59,296 nucleotides of DNA, taken from an uncultured Mycobacterium sp. (GTDB taxonomy: Bacteria > Actinomycetota > Actinomycetes > Mycobacteriales > Mycobacteriaceae). The stretch is taken from positions 1-59,296 of the forward strand of contig CAZCHU010000001.1 of assembly GCA_964498215.1 (NCBI GenBank), read 5' to 3'. The notes under the pieces are model-generated. The model was given only the letters and a program-made list of their open reading frames with translations, made no database searches and was not told the origin of the DNA. Made by a program: the position numbers and the translations under genes. Positions 10,722-19,902 of the stretch are shown here, piece after piece (positions within the stretch are counted from its first letter, which is position 1; every line of letters starts with the position of its first letter).

Positions 10722-11864
10722 TCAGCGCCGCGCGGTCTGGTGTTTCGTCAGTTTCCAGCAGCCCTGCACCTGGGTCACCAGCCCACGCACATCGAGCATG
10801 GCCAGGGGCCCGACCACGTCGCTCACCGGCAGCCCGGCTACCACCGCGATCTCATCGAGGGTGCGCGTTCCGCGTCCCGGCAGCGCTTCGTACACCGCGA
10901 GCTCCGCATCGGTCAGGCCGTCCAACTCCGAAGCCGGCCGGGCCACGTCTGGGGCAAGTTCGCCGATATGGCCGACCAACTCGACGACGTCGGCCGCGCG
11001 GGTGACGAGCCTGGCGCCGGCGTCGATCAGCACATGGCATCCCACCGACGATGAGGAGGTGATCGGACCGGGCACCGCGCACACCTGACGCCCCAGTGCG
11101 TGAGCCCACGCCGCGGTGTTCGCCGCGCCGCTGCGCGCACCGGCTTCGACGACGACCGTCGCTCCACCCAGCGCGGCGACCAAACGGTTCCGGGTCAGGA
11201 ACTGCCGACGAGTCGGCCGTGTGCCGGGCGGGTACTCGCTAACGACCAGGCCGTGGCGCGCCACCCGATGCAGCAGTGCCGAATGTCCCGAGGGATAGGG
11301 AACATCGATCCCGGCGGCCATGACCGCGACGGTCTCCCCGTCAGATGCCAGCGCAGCGCGGTGCGCGGCTCCGTCGATGCCATACGCCGCCCCAGACACC
11401 ACGGTCACATGTCGCTCGACAAGACCTGCGGCCAAATCAGCAGCCACGTATTCGCCATACGCGGTAGCCGCGCGGGTCCCAACGATCGAGGCCGCCCGCT
11501 CGGCGACATCAGAGAGCCGCGCCGGGCCGACAACCCACAGCGCGAGCGGCGGATAAGCCTGCGGCCGCTGCTTGTTGTCCACGCCGTGGAACGAAGCGAA
11601 AGCCAGGTGCGGCCATTCGTCATCCTCGGCGGTCACCAAACGGCCCCCGAGCCGAGCTAGGTTCTCGAGATCCTTGTCAGCTCCATCGATATGGAAGCGA
11701 GCTTTGGTGGCGTGAGCCAACCGGGCATCGTCGAGTGCGCGGCTCCTGATCCGGTCAGCGGCCTCCACTGGCCCAACGGAGGCGACCAGGTCGGCCAGTC
11801 GCGGGTTCGGCGGTTCTGCCACCCGCGACAGGTAGGCAAACGCGCGGCGAGTCGCGTGGTCCAT
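10722..11864 (-). CDS. dprA: DNA-processing protein DprA
   Basis: IVGTRAAT.YG, VSGAAYGIDGAAH, FLTRNRL, VVEAGARSGA; start coupled to the comM stop. Confidence 0.95.
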   Translation of the reverse strand: MDHATRRAFAYLSRVAEPPNPRLADLVASVGPVEAADRIRSRALDDARLAHATKARFHIDGADKDLENLARLGGRLVTAEDDEWPHLAFASFHGVDNKQRPQAYPPLALWVVGPARLSDVAERAASIVGTRAATAYGEYVAADLAAGLVERHVTVVSGAAYGIDGAAHRAALASDGETVAVMAAGIDVPYPSGHSALLHRVARHGLVVSEYPPGTRPTRRQFLTRNRLVAALGGATVVVEAGARSGAANTAAWAHALGRQVCAVPGPITSSSSVGCHVLIDAGARLVTRAADVVELVGHIGELAPDVARPASELDGLTDAELAVYEALPGRGTRTLDEIAVVAGLPVSDVVGPLAMLDVRGLVTQVQGCWKLTKHQTARR

Positions 11865-13372
11865 CACTGCTCCCCTCCCTGCCGGAAAGACAGCGCGGTC
11901 ATGATGTCGCTCTTGGTCGGAGAGATCCGCCCGCCCAGGTCGCACAGGGTCCACGCGACACGCAGTGTCCGATCGATCCCTCGCATGGTCAGCCGACCGT
12001 GATCCAGCGCGGTCCGCAACGGTTGGATCGCCTCCGTCCCGGGCCGGAACTCGTGGCGCAGGAGCGATCCGCTGACCTCAGCGTTGGTCGTACTACCGTG
12101 CGGGCGCCAGCGTTTCTCGGATGCGCGCCGTGCCGCCCAGACGCGTTGACGCACAACCTGGGTGCTCTCCCCCTCGTCTGCAGCGAAGGATCCACCGCGG
12201 GAGGCGTGCATTTCGACGCGGAGATCCACTCTGTCCAGGAGCGGCCCGGATAGCCTGGTGCGGTAGCGCCGCTTCTCTGGTGCTGCACACATGCAGTCCC
12301 GCGGGTCCGGCGGCGCGCACGGGCACAGATTGGCGGCCAGAACCAGCTGGAACCGAGACGGGTACCGCGCAACGCCCTCCCGTCTGGCAAGCCGAATCTC
12401 GCCGTCTTCCAATGGTGTTCGTAGCGCTTCAAGAGCGCTGGTGTTGATCTCAGCGAACTCGTCGAGGAACAGGACTCCCCGATGAGCGCGGCTGACCGCC
12501 CCCGGCCGAGCCATTCCCGAGCCGCCACCGACGAGTGCTGCCACGCTGGACGTGTGGTGCGGCGCAACGAACGGTGGGCGGGTGATCAGTGGCGACTTCC
12601 CGGTGAGCAATCCCGCCACCGAGTGGATCGCCGTGACCTCCAACGACTCCTCGTCCGAGAGCGACGGCAGCAGCCCTGGGAGCCGTTGCGCCAGCATTGT
12701 TTTGCCGACCCCGGGCGGTCCGGTCATCATCAGGTTGTGGCCTCCCGCTGCGGCCACCTCAACCGCATAGCGTGCGTGCGGCTGTCCGAGCACATCGGAC
12801 AAGTCCGCCGCGATCTCGGGAGCATCGGCCGGATTATCGATTCGCGGAAGCAGGTCGGCTTTTCCAACGAGCCAGGCCTGCAGCTGCCCCAGCGTGCGCG
12901 CACCCCAGACCTCGACCCCCCCGACCAAGCTGGCCTCGGCCAGGTTGTCGCTCGGCACCACCACTGCCGGCCACCCCTGTTTCTGCGCGGCCAGCACAGC
13001 CGGCAACACGCCCTTGACCGGCCGCACCCTGCCGTCGAGTGCGAGCTCACCGAGCAGTACCGTCTTCTCCAGCCGCGGCCAGGACTTCTTGTCCTGCGCC
13101 GACAACACCGCCGCCGCCAGGGCGATGTCGTACACCGACCCCATCTTGGGCAAGGTCGCCGGCGACAGCGCCAGGGTCAGGCGAGCCATCGGCCAGGAGA
13201 ATCCGCAATTGGTGATGGCCGCCCGAACGCGGTTACGTGATTCCTGAAGTGCGGCATCGGCCAGCCCCACCAGATGCACACCCGGGAGTCCGGCGGTGAT
13301 ATCGGCCTCGATCTCGACGATTTCGCCGTCCACACCGCGCACAGCCACGGAAAACGCCCTGCCCAGAGCCAT
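11864..13372 (-). CDS. comM: YifB/ComM Mg-chelatase-like AAA+ ATPase
   Basis: GPPGVGKT Walker A, PFVAPHHTSS, GVLFLDE and SGPLLDRVDL. Confidence 0.93.
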   Translation of the reverse strand: MALGRAFSVAVRGVDGEIVEIEADITAGLPGVHLVGLADAALQESRNRVRAAITNCGFSWPMARLTLALSPATLPKMGSVYDIALAAAVLSAQDKKSWPRLEKTVLLGELALDGRVRPVKGVLPAVLAAQKQGWPAVVVPSDNLAEASLVGGVEVWGARTLGQLQAWLVGKADLLPRIDNPADAPEIAADLSDVLGQPHARYAVEVAAAGGHNLMMTGPPGVGKTMLAQRLPGLLPSLSDEESLEVTAIHSVAGLLTGKSPLITRPPFVAPHHTSSVAALVGGGSGMARPGAVSRAHRGVLFLDEFAEINTSALEALRTPLEDGEIRLARREGVARYPSRFQLVLAANLCPCAPPDPRDCMCAAPEKRRYRTRLSGPLLDRVDLRVEMHASRGGSFAADEGESTQVVRQRVWAARRASEKRWRPHGSTTNAEVSGSLLRHEFRPGTEAIQPLRTALDHGRLTMRGIDRTLRVAWTLCDLGGRISPTKSDIMTALSFRQGGEQ

Positions 13373-13743
13373 CACCCCACCCCCTGGATGTGGGTGATCT
13401 CTGGGATCCGCCGACGACCCATCCTGATCGCGATGACGTCAATGCGCACCGATGCCCAGCGGCCGTGTTGCTGGGCCAGCCACAGCCCGGCAAGCCGACG
13501 CAGCCGACGCACTTTGGCGGATGTCACCGCCTGCTCCGCACCACCGTATTGCTCGCCCGTGCGCGTCTTCACTTCGACGAATACCACCGCGCGGGCAGCA
13601 TCGTCGGCAGCGATCACATCCAATTCCCCATAGCGGCAACGCCAGTTACGGGCGACCATCCGCAGTCCGAGCTGACTCAGATAGTCGACGGCGAGTTGCT
13701 CACCCTTCGCACCGATCGCAGCGCGGCTTTCTGTTCTCCTCAT
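13372..13743 (-). CDS. yraN: YraN family nuclease
   Basis: G..GE..A, RNWRCRYGELDVIA, VFVEVKTR and RIDVIAI. Confidence 0.93.
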   Translation of the reverse strand: MRRTESRAAIGAKGEQLAVDYLSQLGLRMVARNWRCRYGELDVIAADDAARAVVFVEVKTRTGEQYGGAEQAVTSAKVRRLRRLAGLWLAQQHGRWASVRIDVIAIRMGRRRIPEITHIQGVG

Positions 13744-13938
13744 GCCGCTCACCCTGCTGCGCCCCGGGGACAAAAACACCGCGCGAGGTGCGTCTATCCC
13801 CAACCGGGGATTGATCCCCAGGACCCGTTAACGCGGAAAGACTACGGGTGTCGGCATGACGCTGCGTTCAGCGTCGAACTCGCCTGGCACATCACGAACG
13901 CCGTAGCGGATGATGGGAAGGAGCGAGGGAGCCAGCCA

Positions 13939-14799
13939 ATGCACATCGATTTCACCCCGGACCGTGATCTTTATCCGTTTACGTCTCGATGGTTCGACAG
14001 CTCGCGGGGCCGGGTTCACTACATCGATGAAGGCACTGGTCCACCGATCTTGCTCTGCCACGGCAACCCGACCTGGAGCTTCCTCTACCGCTACGTCATC
14101 GCCGGACTGCGGGATCGGTTCCGGTGTATCGCCCCCGACTATCTCGGCTTCGGGCTGTCCGATCACCCAACCGACTACGGCTACACCGCCGAAGAACACG
14201 CCGGCGTGGTCGGCGAACTCGTCGACTCACTTGGGCTGGATGGATACGTGTCGATGGGGCAGGACTGGGGTGGCCCGGTCAGCCTGGCCGTCAACACCGA
14301 GCGGTCGGAGCGGGTCCGCGGGATCGTGCTGGGCAACACCTGGTTCTGGCCGGCTGACACCCTACGGCTGAAGGCGTTCAGCAAGGCGATGTCCAGCCGC
14401 CCCATGCAGAACGCAATCCTGAAAAGGAATTTCTTCGTCGAGCGCCTCATCCCGATGGGTACCACCCGCGCATTGACCCCGCTGGAGATGACGCACTACC
14501 GAGCGGTCCAGCCGTCGCCTGAGGCACGCCAAGGCGTCGCTGAGTTGCCGAAGCAGATCCTGGGGGCCCACGCCCTGCTCCAGCGCTTGGCCCGGGACGT
14601 GCCTGCGACCCTGGGCGCCAAGCCCGCATTGTTGGTCTGGGGCATGAAGGACTTCGCCTTCAAACCCGCGCCGACACTTCCACGCATCCAGGCCACCTTC
14701 CGGAACAACGTCCTGGTCGAACTGCCCGACGCCAACCACTACATCCAAGAAGACGCACCGGAACAGATCGCCGCAGCGATCATCGACCGCTTCGGCTGA
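13939..14799 (+). CDS. haloalkane dehalogenase-like alpha/beta hydrolase (DhmA2/Rv1833c-like)
   Basis: HGNPTWSFLYR, GQDWGG nucleophile, WGMKD and HYIQED; ATG at 13939 follows GAGGGAG. Confidence 0.88.
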   Translation: MHIDFTPDRDLYPFTSRWFDSSRGRVHYIDEGTGPPILLCHGNPTWSFLYRYVIAGLRDRFRCIAPDYLGFGLSDHPTDYGYTAEEHAGVVGELVDSLGLDGYVSMGQDWGGPVSLAVNTERSERVRGIVLGNTWFWPADTLRLKAFSKAMSSRPMQNAILKRNFFVERLIPMGTTRALTPLEMTHYRAVQPSPEARQGVAELPKQILGAHALLQRLARDVPATLGAKPALLVWGMKDFAFKPAPTLPRIQATFRNNVLVELPDANHYIQEDAPEQIAAAIIDRFG

Positions 14800-14835
14800 T
14801 CGCGCCCGACCCATGTCACTGGCAGATTCAGGCTT

Positions 14836-15189
14836 TCATTCCCCGTGGCCGCTGCTGAACAGGCGTGACCGCCAGCTCCGTCGTTCCGAGTCCTCCGAAC
14901 CTGCCATCATCTCCTGCGCGCGGTCGGGGAATTCGCGCTCAATCGCGGCCACGACGGCCCGCACGCTGGGGTTGACGAGCGCACAGTTGCCGACGAACAC
15001 CGTGGGAACGGTTTCGTTACCTCCGGCGACCGCCCGCACCCGCTCCGCGGCGCGCGGGTCCTCCCAGATGTCAACCTCGGTCGTGATGACACCGTGTCGA
15101 CGCAACCCCCTACGCAGCTTGGTGCAGAAGGGGCATCCCGGGCGCCACAGCACCTCAACACCGTCGACATAGCCGTCAGCAGAGCTCAT
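14836..15189 (-). CDS. glutaredoxin/mycoredoxin-like protein
   Basis: WRPGCPFC active site and GNETVPTV cis-Pro motif; start uncertain. Confidence 0.82.
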   Translation of the reverse strand: MSSADGYVDGVEVLWRPGCPFCTKLRRGLRRHGVITTEVDIWEDPRAAERVRAVAGGNETVPTVFVGNCALVNPSVRAVVAAIEREFPDRAQEMMAGSEDSERRSWRSRLFSSGHGE

Positions 15190-15300
15190 GCTGCACACCC
15201 TTTCGCCGATGCCCGCATCGGGGCTAAACGTTGCCATACCGGGGCGCACGGCGGGACGGCTTCCCCCTTCCCGGCACGCGAAGTCCCCCGGCGCTGCAGG

Positions 15301-15327
15301 TATCGTCATTTGGTAAGCCTTAACTCA
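15301..15327 (+). promoter_or_regulatory. -10 hexamer TATCGT followed by an IdeR/DtxR-like iron box
   Basis: TTTGGTAAGCCTTAACTCA (15309-15327) matches TWAGGTWAGSCTWACCTWA at 16 of 19 positions and lies 35 nt before the ATG at 15363. Confidence 0.7.
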
Positions 15328-15362
15328 CCGGCCCGGCACCCGACGCGGAAAGGATCTCCTGG

Positions 15363-17855
15363 ATGCTGGTCGATCACCTCCGCCGACAAGGCGACCGCGA
15401 GGCAGTGTTCTCCGAGTCGGAGCAACTCAGTTACCTCGAACTCGCCGATCGGGTCGACGCCGCCGCGGATCTGCTGGGCGGGCCGCGCCGCCTGGTCCTG
15501 CTGGAAACCCGCAATGACACCGACACGGTGGTCCACTATCTGGGGGCTTTGGCAAGCGGCCATGTAGTCCTGCCCGTACCCCCAGGCCGCAACCAGCACA
15601 CAGTGATCAGCACCTACCGACCCGACGTCGTCATCGACGCCGCCGGCGTGCACGTCCATTCCGGCGGCGCCCATCGTCTGCACGCCGATCTTGCCCTGCT
15701 GATGTCTACCTCAGGAAGTACCGGATCCCCGAAGTTGGTCAGGCTCTCCCGGACGAATCTCATCGCAAACGCCACAGCAATTGCCGAATATCTCGGCATC
15801 CGCAGAACCGACAGAGCGGCAACCACTTTGCCGATGTCCTACTGCTATGGACTCTCGGTAGTGCACAGCCACCTACTGGCCGGCGCATCGGTCATCCTGA
15901 CCGAACACTCGGTGGCTGATGCTGAGTTCTGGGATCTGTTCAGCCGTTACCACGGCACCACGTTCGCTGGAGTTCCGTACACTTTCGAACTGCTCGAGCA
16001 GGTCGGCTTCGGATCGATGAATCTCCCCCACTTGCGATACCTGACGCAAGCCGGCGGTCGGATGCCCGCCGAGCGAGTGCGCAGATTCGCCACACTCGCC
16101 GATCAGCAGGGTTGGCAACTCTTCGTGATGTACGGGGCAACCGAGGCAACGGCCCGAATGGCTTATCTACCGCCGGATCTGGCCCGTACCCGCGCCAATG
16201 CTATCGGCCGCCCCATTCCCGGTGGATCATTTTCCATCGAAGCCGTCGACGGATGGCACGCGGGCACCGGGGAGTTGGTGTTCCGCGGGCCCAACGTCAT
16301 GATGGGCTACGCGCGCGGGCCGCAGGACCTCATGCTCGGCGCCTCCCTGGATGAGTTGCGCACCGGTGACATCGCCCGCCGGGGCAGCGATGGATTGTAC
16401 GAGATCATCGGGCGCAGAAGCCGTTTCGTCAAGATGTACGGGCTTCGCATCGACCTGCAACAGGTCGAGACTACCCTGCGCGAGCGGGGCGTGCACGCCC
16501 TGTGCACCACGCACGACGACCACCTCGCGGTGGCGGCGACCGAGTGTGACCGACGGGACCTGCAGCGTCTGACCGCTGACGCGGCGGGCGTCCCGACTGC
16601 AGCCGTCGCAGCGGCGTGTGTCCAGCAGCTACCGATGCTTGAGTCTGGAAAACCTGACTACCCCGCGGTGCGGGCGCTGACCCTCGAACGCGACCCCGTC
16701 GGCTCCGACACCGATGACGCAGATCTGCGCGCCTTGTTCGCCGACGTGCTTCATCTGAACCCCGCCGACATCGACCCGGATGCCAGCTTCGTCGACCTGG
16801 GCGGCAATTCGCTGTCCTACGTGACGATGTCGGTTCGGCTCGAACGTGCGCTCGGGCAACTTCCGACGCAATGGCAGCGGATGTCTGTGCGCGAGCTCGG
16901 CTCGCTGCCCAAGCCACCACGACGGAGGTGGACGTCGTGGGGCACCACGCTGGAGACCAGCGTCGCGTTGCGGGCGGCGGCAATCGTATTCATCGTGGGT
17001 TCTCACGCCGAACTGTTCACGCTGTGGGGCGGTGCGCACATTCTGCTCGGAGTCGCCGGCTTCAACTTCGGCCGGTTCTGCCTAACCCCCCTACCGCGCC
17101 AGGTAAGGGTCCGCCACCTTCGCGCCACCGTCACCTGGATCGCGGTCCCCGCAGTTCTGTGGGTCGCGATCGCACTCGTGTTGACCGACGACTACCATCC
17201 GACGAACCTGTTGCTGGCCAACAAGTTTCTCGGACCCCACGACAGCATGACCGCTGGACGGCTGTGGTTCCTCGAAGTACTGGTATGGACGCTGATCGCG
17301 CTGGCCGCACTGTTCTGGCTGCCCGCCATGGACCGTCTGGAACGTCGCTATCCGTTCGCCGTCGCGGCCACCTTCCTCGCATTCGGCATAGCCTTGCGAT
17401 TCGACCTGCTGGGCCTGAACCTAGGGGCCGACGCGTGGTTCACGATGTTGACGTTCTGGTTCTTCGCGGCGGGTTGGGCCGCAGCGAAAGCCACGACGAC
17501 CCGGCAGCGCGCGATGGTGACCATAGTTCTGATCGTGGGTCTGCACGGCTACTTCGGTAGCGACCTGCGCGAGGCGCTCGTTCTGAGTGGCCTCGCACTG
17601 TTGGTGTGGCTACCCGCGGTGCGGTGCCCGTCGGTGATCGCGATCGGCGCAGGCGTCGTTGCGGAGGCCTCGCTCTACACCTACCTCACGCATTACCAGG
17701 TGTATCCGTTGTTCGGCGATCACCGGATCGTCGGTGTGATCGCGTCGATCGCCGCCGGCATCGCGGTCACCGCCGCGGTGGCGCTGCTCCGCAACCGGCT
17801 TCGTGAACGCAGATTCACTCAGCCGGCGTCGGCGCTGGCTCCCGCACTGCGATGA
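15363..17855 (+). CDS. adenylation domain + carrier protein + acyltransferase-3-like membrane domain fusion (NRPS-like)
   Basis: STSGSTGSPK, YGATEA, LRTGD and SGKPDY; carrier motif FVDLGGNSL (Ser at 16809-16811); C-terminal multi-TM domain beginning R-x10-H (RAAAIVFIVGSH). Confidence 0.87.
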   Translation: MLVDHLRRQGDREAVFSESEQLSYLELADRVDAAADLLGGPRRLVLLETRNDTDTVVHYLGALASGHVVLPVPPGRNQHTVISTYRPDVVIDAAGVHVHSGGAHRLHADLALLMSTSGSTGSPKLVRLSRTNLIANATAIAEYLGIRRTDRAATTLPMSYCYGLSVVHSHLLAGASVILTEHSVADAEFWDLFSRYHGTTFAGVPYTFELLEQVGFGSMNLPHLRYLTQAGGRMPAERVRRFATLADQQGWQLFVMYGATEATARMAYLPPDLARTRANAIGRPIPGGSFSIEAVDGWHAGTGELVFRGPNVMMGYARGPQDLMLGASLDELRTGDIARRGSDGLYEIIGRRSRFVKMYGLRIDLQQVETTLRERGVHALCTTHDDHLAVAATECDRRDLQRLTADAAGVPTAAVAAACVQQLPMLESGKPDYPAVRALTLERDPVGSDTDDADLRALFADVLHLNPADIDPDASFVDLGGNSLSYVTMSVRLERALGQLPTQWQRMSVRELGSLPKPPRRRWTSWGTTLETSVALRAAAIVFIVGSHAELFTLWGGAHILLGVAGFNFGRFCLTPLPRQVRVRHLRATVTWIAVPAVLWVAIALVLTDDYHPTNLLLANKFLGPHDSMTAGRLWFLEVLVWTLIALAALFWLPAMDRLERRYPFAVAATFLAFGIALRFDLLGLNLGADAWFTMLTFWFFAAGWAAAKATTTRQRAMVTIVLIVGLHGYFGSDLREALVLSGLALLVWLPAVRCPSVIAIGAGVVAEASLYTYLTHYQVYPLFGDHRIVGVIASIAAGIAVTAAVALLRNRLRERRFTQPASALAPALR

Positions 17856-18636
17856 GCCCCTCCTGGACCAGGGTCGCTGTAATGACGCCGTCATCGCGGA
17901 TGAGGCTCGCGGTGACCAGTCCGCGGCCGCGCGCGGCGGCAGGTGAGCGACATTCGAGAAGATTCCACCGATCGGCATGCACCGCGCGGTGAAACCACAC
18001 CGAGGAATCCGTGGTTCCGCTGCGGTGACTTCTCGATCGCATCGAGTGCCCGTGCACTTGCAGAGCGGGATCGATCAGGTAGACGTCGGTGACGTAGACG
18101 GCGATCAGCGTGTGCAGCAGCGGATCGTCAGGCAACTCCACCGTCGTTCGCCACCACATCCGGCGTACAAACTGCCCATCCGAGGTGTCGTCAATGACCC
18201 TGATGTCGAGTTCGTCCAGCGGAAGCGAGGGTGCTGGACCGGCGGGGCCGCTGCGAGCCAGGGTCTCCGGATCATCGGGAAGCGAGTTCTTCTGCCCGTG
18301 TTCGTGGCCCGGCAGTGCGGCGGCGAAAGATGCGGTGGCCGTGGCTAACAGGCGTTCACCCTGCCGGGCGTCGATCCGCCGGGATGCTGCCGTGCGGCCA
18401 TCGAACACCCGCTCGACGCAATAGTCGATGGGCTCTCCCGCGTCGCCGCCGCGCAAGAACTGCAGGTGCATGTTGGTCGGCGCTTTGGCGGCCTCCACTG
18501 TCGCGGAGGCGGCGGCCAGGGCCTGGGCCGCAACCTGGCCGCCGTAGGCACGCTTGCCCGCGGGACCACTGCCGCGTCCGCGCCAGGTAGCCGACGGCCG
18601 GGCGGCCAGATCCAGCAGATCCAACAGCGTGCTCAT
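17815..18636 (-). CDS. acyl-CoA thioesterase II (TesB-like)
   Basis: YGGQVAAQAL, DGRTAASRRI, DSSVWFHR and QEG motifs. Confidence 0.88.
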   Translation of the reverse strand: MSTLLDLLDLAARPSATWRGRGSGPAGKRAYGGQVAAQALAAASATVEAAKAPTNMHLQFLRGGDAGEPIDYCVERVFDGRTAASRRIDARQGERLLATATASFAAALPGHEHGQKNSLPDDPETLARSGPAGPAPSLPLDELDIRVIDDTSDGQFVRRMWWRTTVELPDDPLLHTLIAVYVTDVYLIDPALQVHGHSMRSRSHRSGTTDSSVWFHRAVHADRWNLLECRSPAAARGRGLVTASLIRDDGVITATLVQEGLIAVREPAPTPAE

Positions 18637-19841
18637 GTCACGACACCAGACTGGATCAGCCCCTCGACTTCTTCAGCGGGCAACGACAACCACTCGCTCA
18701 ACACCGCTGCGGTGTCATCGCCGAGTGCGGGGGCCGCAACCGCCACCGGATACACGCCGCCGATCGACACCGGTAGGCCCGCCGCAAAGTAGCGCCCCAC
18801 TCTGGGTTGATCGAGCTCGGTGAACATCGGATTATCGGTGACCTTCGGTCCCGCCGCCACCTCGGCGAAGGTCCGGTAACGCTCCCACAACACGGACGTC
18901 CCGGACAGCGCAGCAGCGATCTCGGCACCGGTATGTGCGGAAAACCATTCACTGAACAGTGCATTGATCGCCCCGCGATGCCGGTACCGCTGCCCCTCGT
19001 CGGAGAAGTCGACGTTCAGCGATTCAGCCAGCGCGGCAACGGATTCCGAGGTTTCGGTCAGTTCGGTCAGATCATCGAAGTGACGTCTGGTCAGCGCGAC
19101 GATCATGAACACGACACCGTCGCTGCTGGTGAAGTCCTGCCCGTAGGTGCCATAGACGGCGTTGCCGATGCGTTGCCGCGAGCTGCCGTTGACCATCGCC
19201 TCGGTGAGCAGGCTGAGATTGCCTGCGGTTGCCAGCGCCACGTTCTCCAGCGGGATGCTGATCCGCTGACCGGCGCCGGTGGCGTCGCGGTGCCGCAGCG
19301 CGGTGACCACCGACAGGGCGACATAAAGCCCGCAGGTGACGTCCCACGCGGGCAGCACGTGGTTCACCGGCTCCGTCGACCCGACCGGCCCGGTGACCAG
19401 CGGGAAACCTGTCCCGGCGTTGACGGTGTAGTCGACACCGGTGCCGCCGTCCACGCGCCCGGACACCTCCACGTGGATCAGATCAGGCCGAATCCCGGTC
19501 AGTGCTTCATAGGAATGCCATTGTCGGCCGGTGACATTGGTGATGAACACCCCGCTGTCGGCGACCAGCTGCGCAACCAGCTCCCGGCCCCGATCAGAGC
19601 GCATGTCCACCGCCAACGATCGCTTCCCTTTGTTGAGCCCGGCCCAGTAGATGCTCTCGCCACGGTCGGTGACCGGCCAGCGGCGGTAGTCGGCGGCGCC
19701 ACCGACCGGATCCACCCGGACCACCTCGGCGCCGAGCTGAGCCAGCGTCATGCCCGCCAGCGGAACCGCGACGAAGCTGGACATCTCCACGACCCGCACT
19801 CCGGCCAGCGGCCGTGCCGGGTCTGCGGCTGGATCGGTCAT
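18633..19841 (-). CDS. CoA-transferase family III (mesaconyl-CoA C1-C4 transferase-like)
   Basis: PLAGVRVVE, LAQLGAEV, GLNKGKRS, VDYTVNA, PVNHVLPAWD and APALG. Confidence 0.85.
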   Translation of the reverse strand: MTDPAADPARPLAGVRVVEMSSFVAVPLAGMTLAQLGAEVVRVDPVGGAADYRRWPVTDRGESIYWAGLNKGKRSLAVDMRSDRGRELVAQLVADSGVFITNVTGRQWHSYEALTGIRPDLIHVEVSGRVDGGTGVDYTVNAGTGFPLVTGPVGSTEPVNHVLPAWDVTCGLYVALSVVTALRHRDATGAGQRISIPLENVALATAGNLSLLTEAMVNGSSRQRIGNAVYGTYGQDFTSSDGVVFMIVALTRRHFDDLTELTETSESVAALAESLNVDFSDEGQRYRHRGAINALFSEWFSAHTGAEIAAALSGTSVLWERYRTFAEVAAGPKVTDNPMFTELDQPRVGRYFAAGLPVSIGGVYPVAVAAPALGDDTAAVLSEWLSLPAEEVEGLIQSGVVT

Positions 19842-19902
19842 CCGCTCAAGCTAGCAAGCGCGCTACAGTGAATTTGTCTGACCGACGGTCCAGGAGGTTC
19901 TA

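Noticed and set aside
13744-13938. ATCCCCA repeats and a short CCCC/GGGG stem upstream of yraN as DnaA boxes or an sRNA
   Set aside because: Matches are short and degenerate in GC-rich DNA; not supportable
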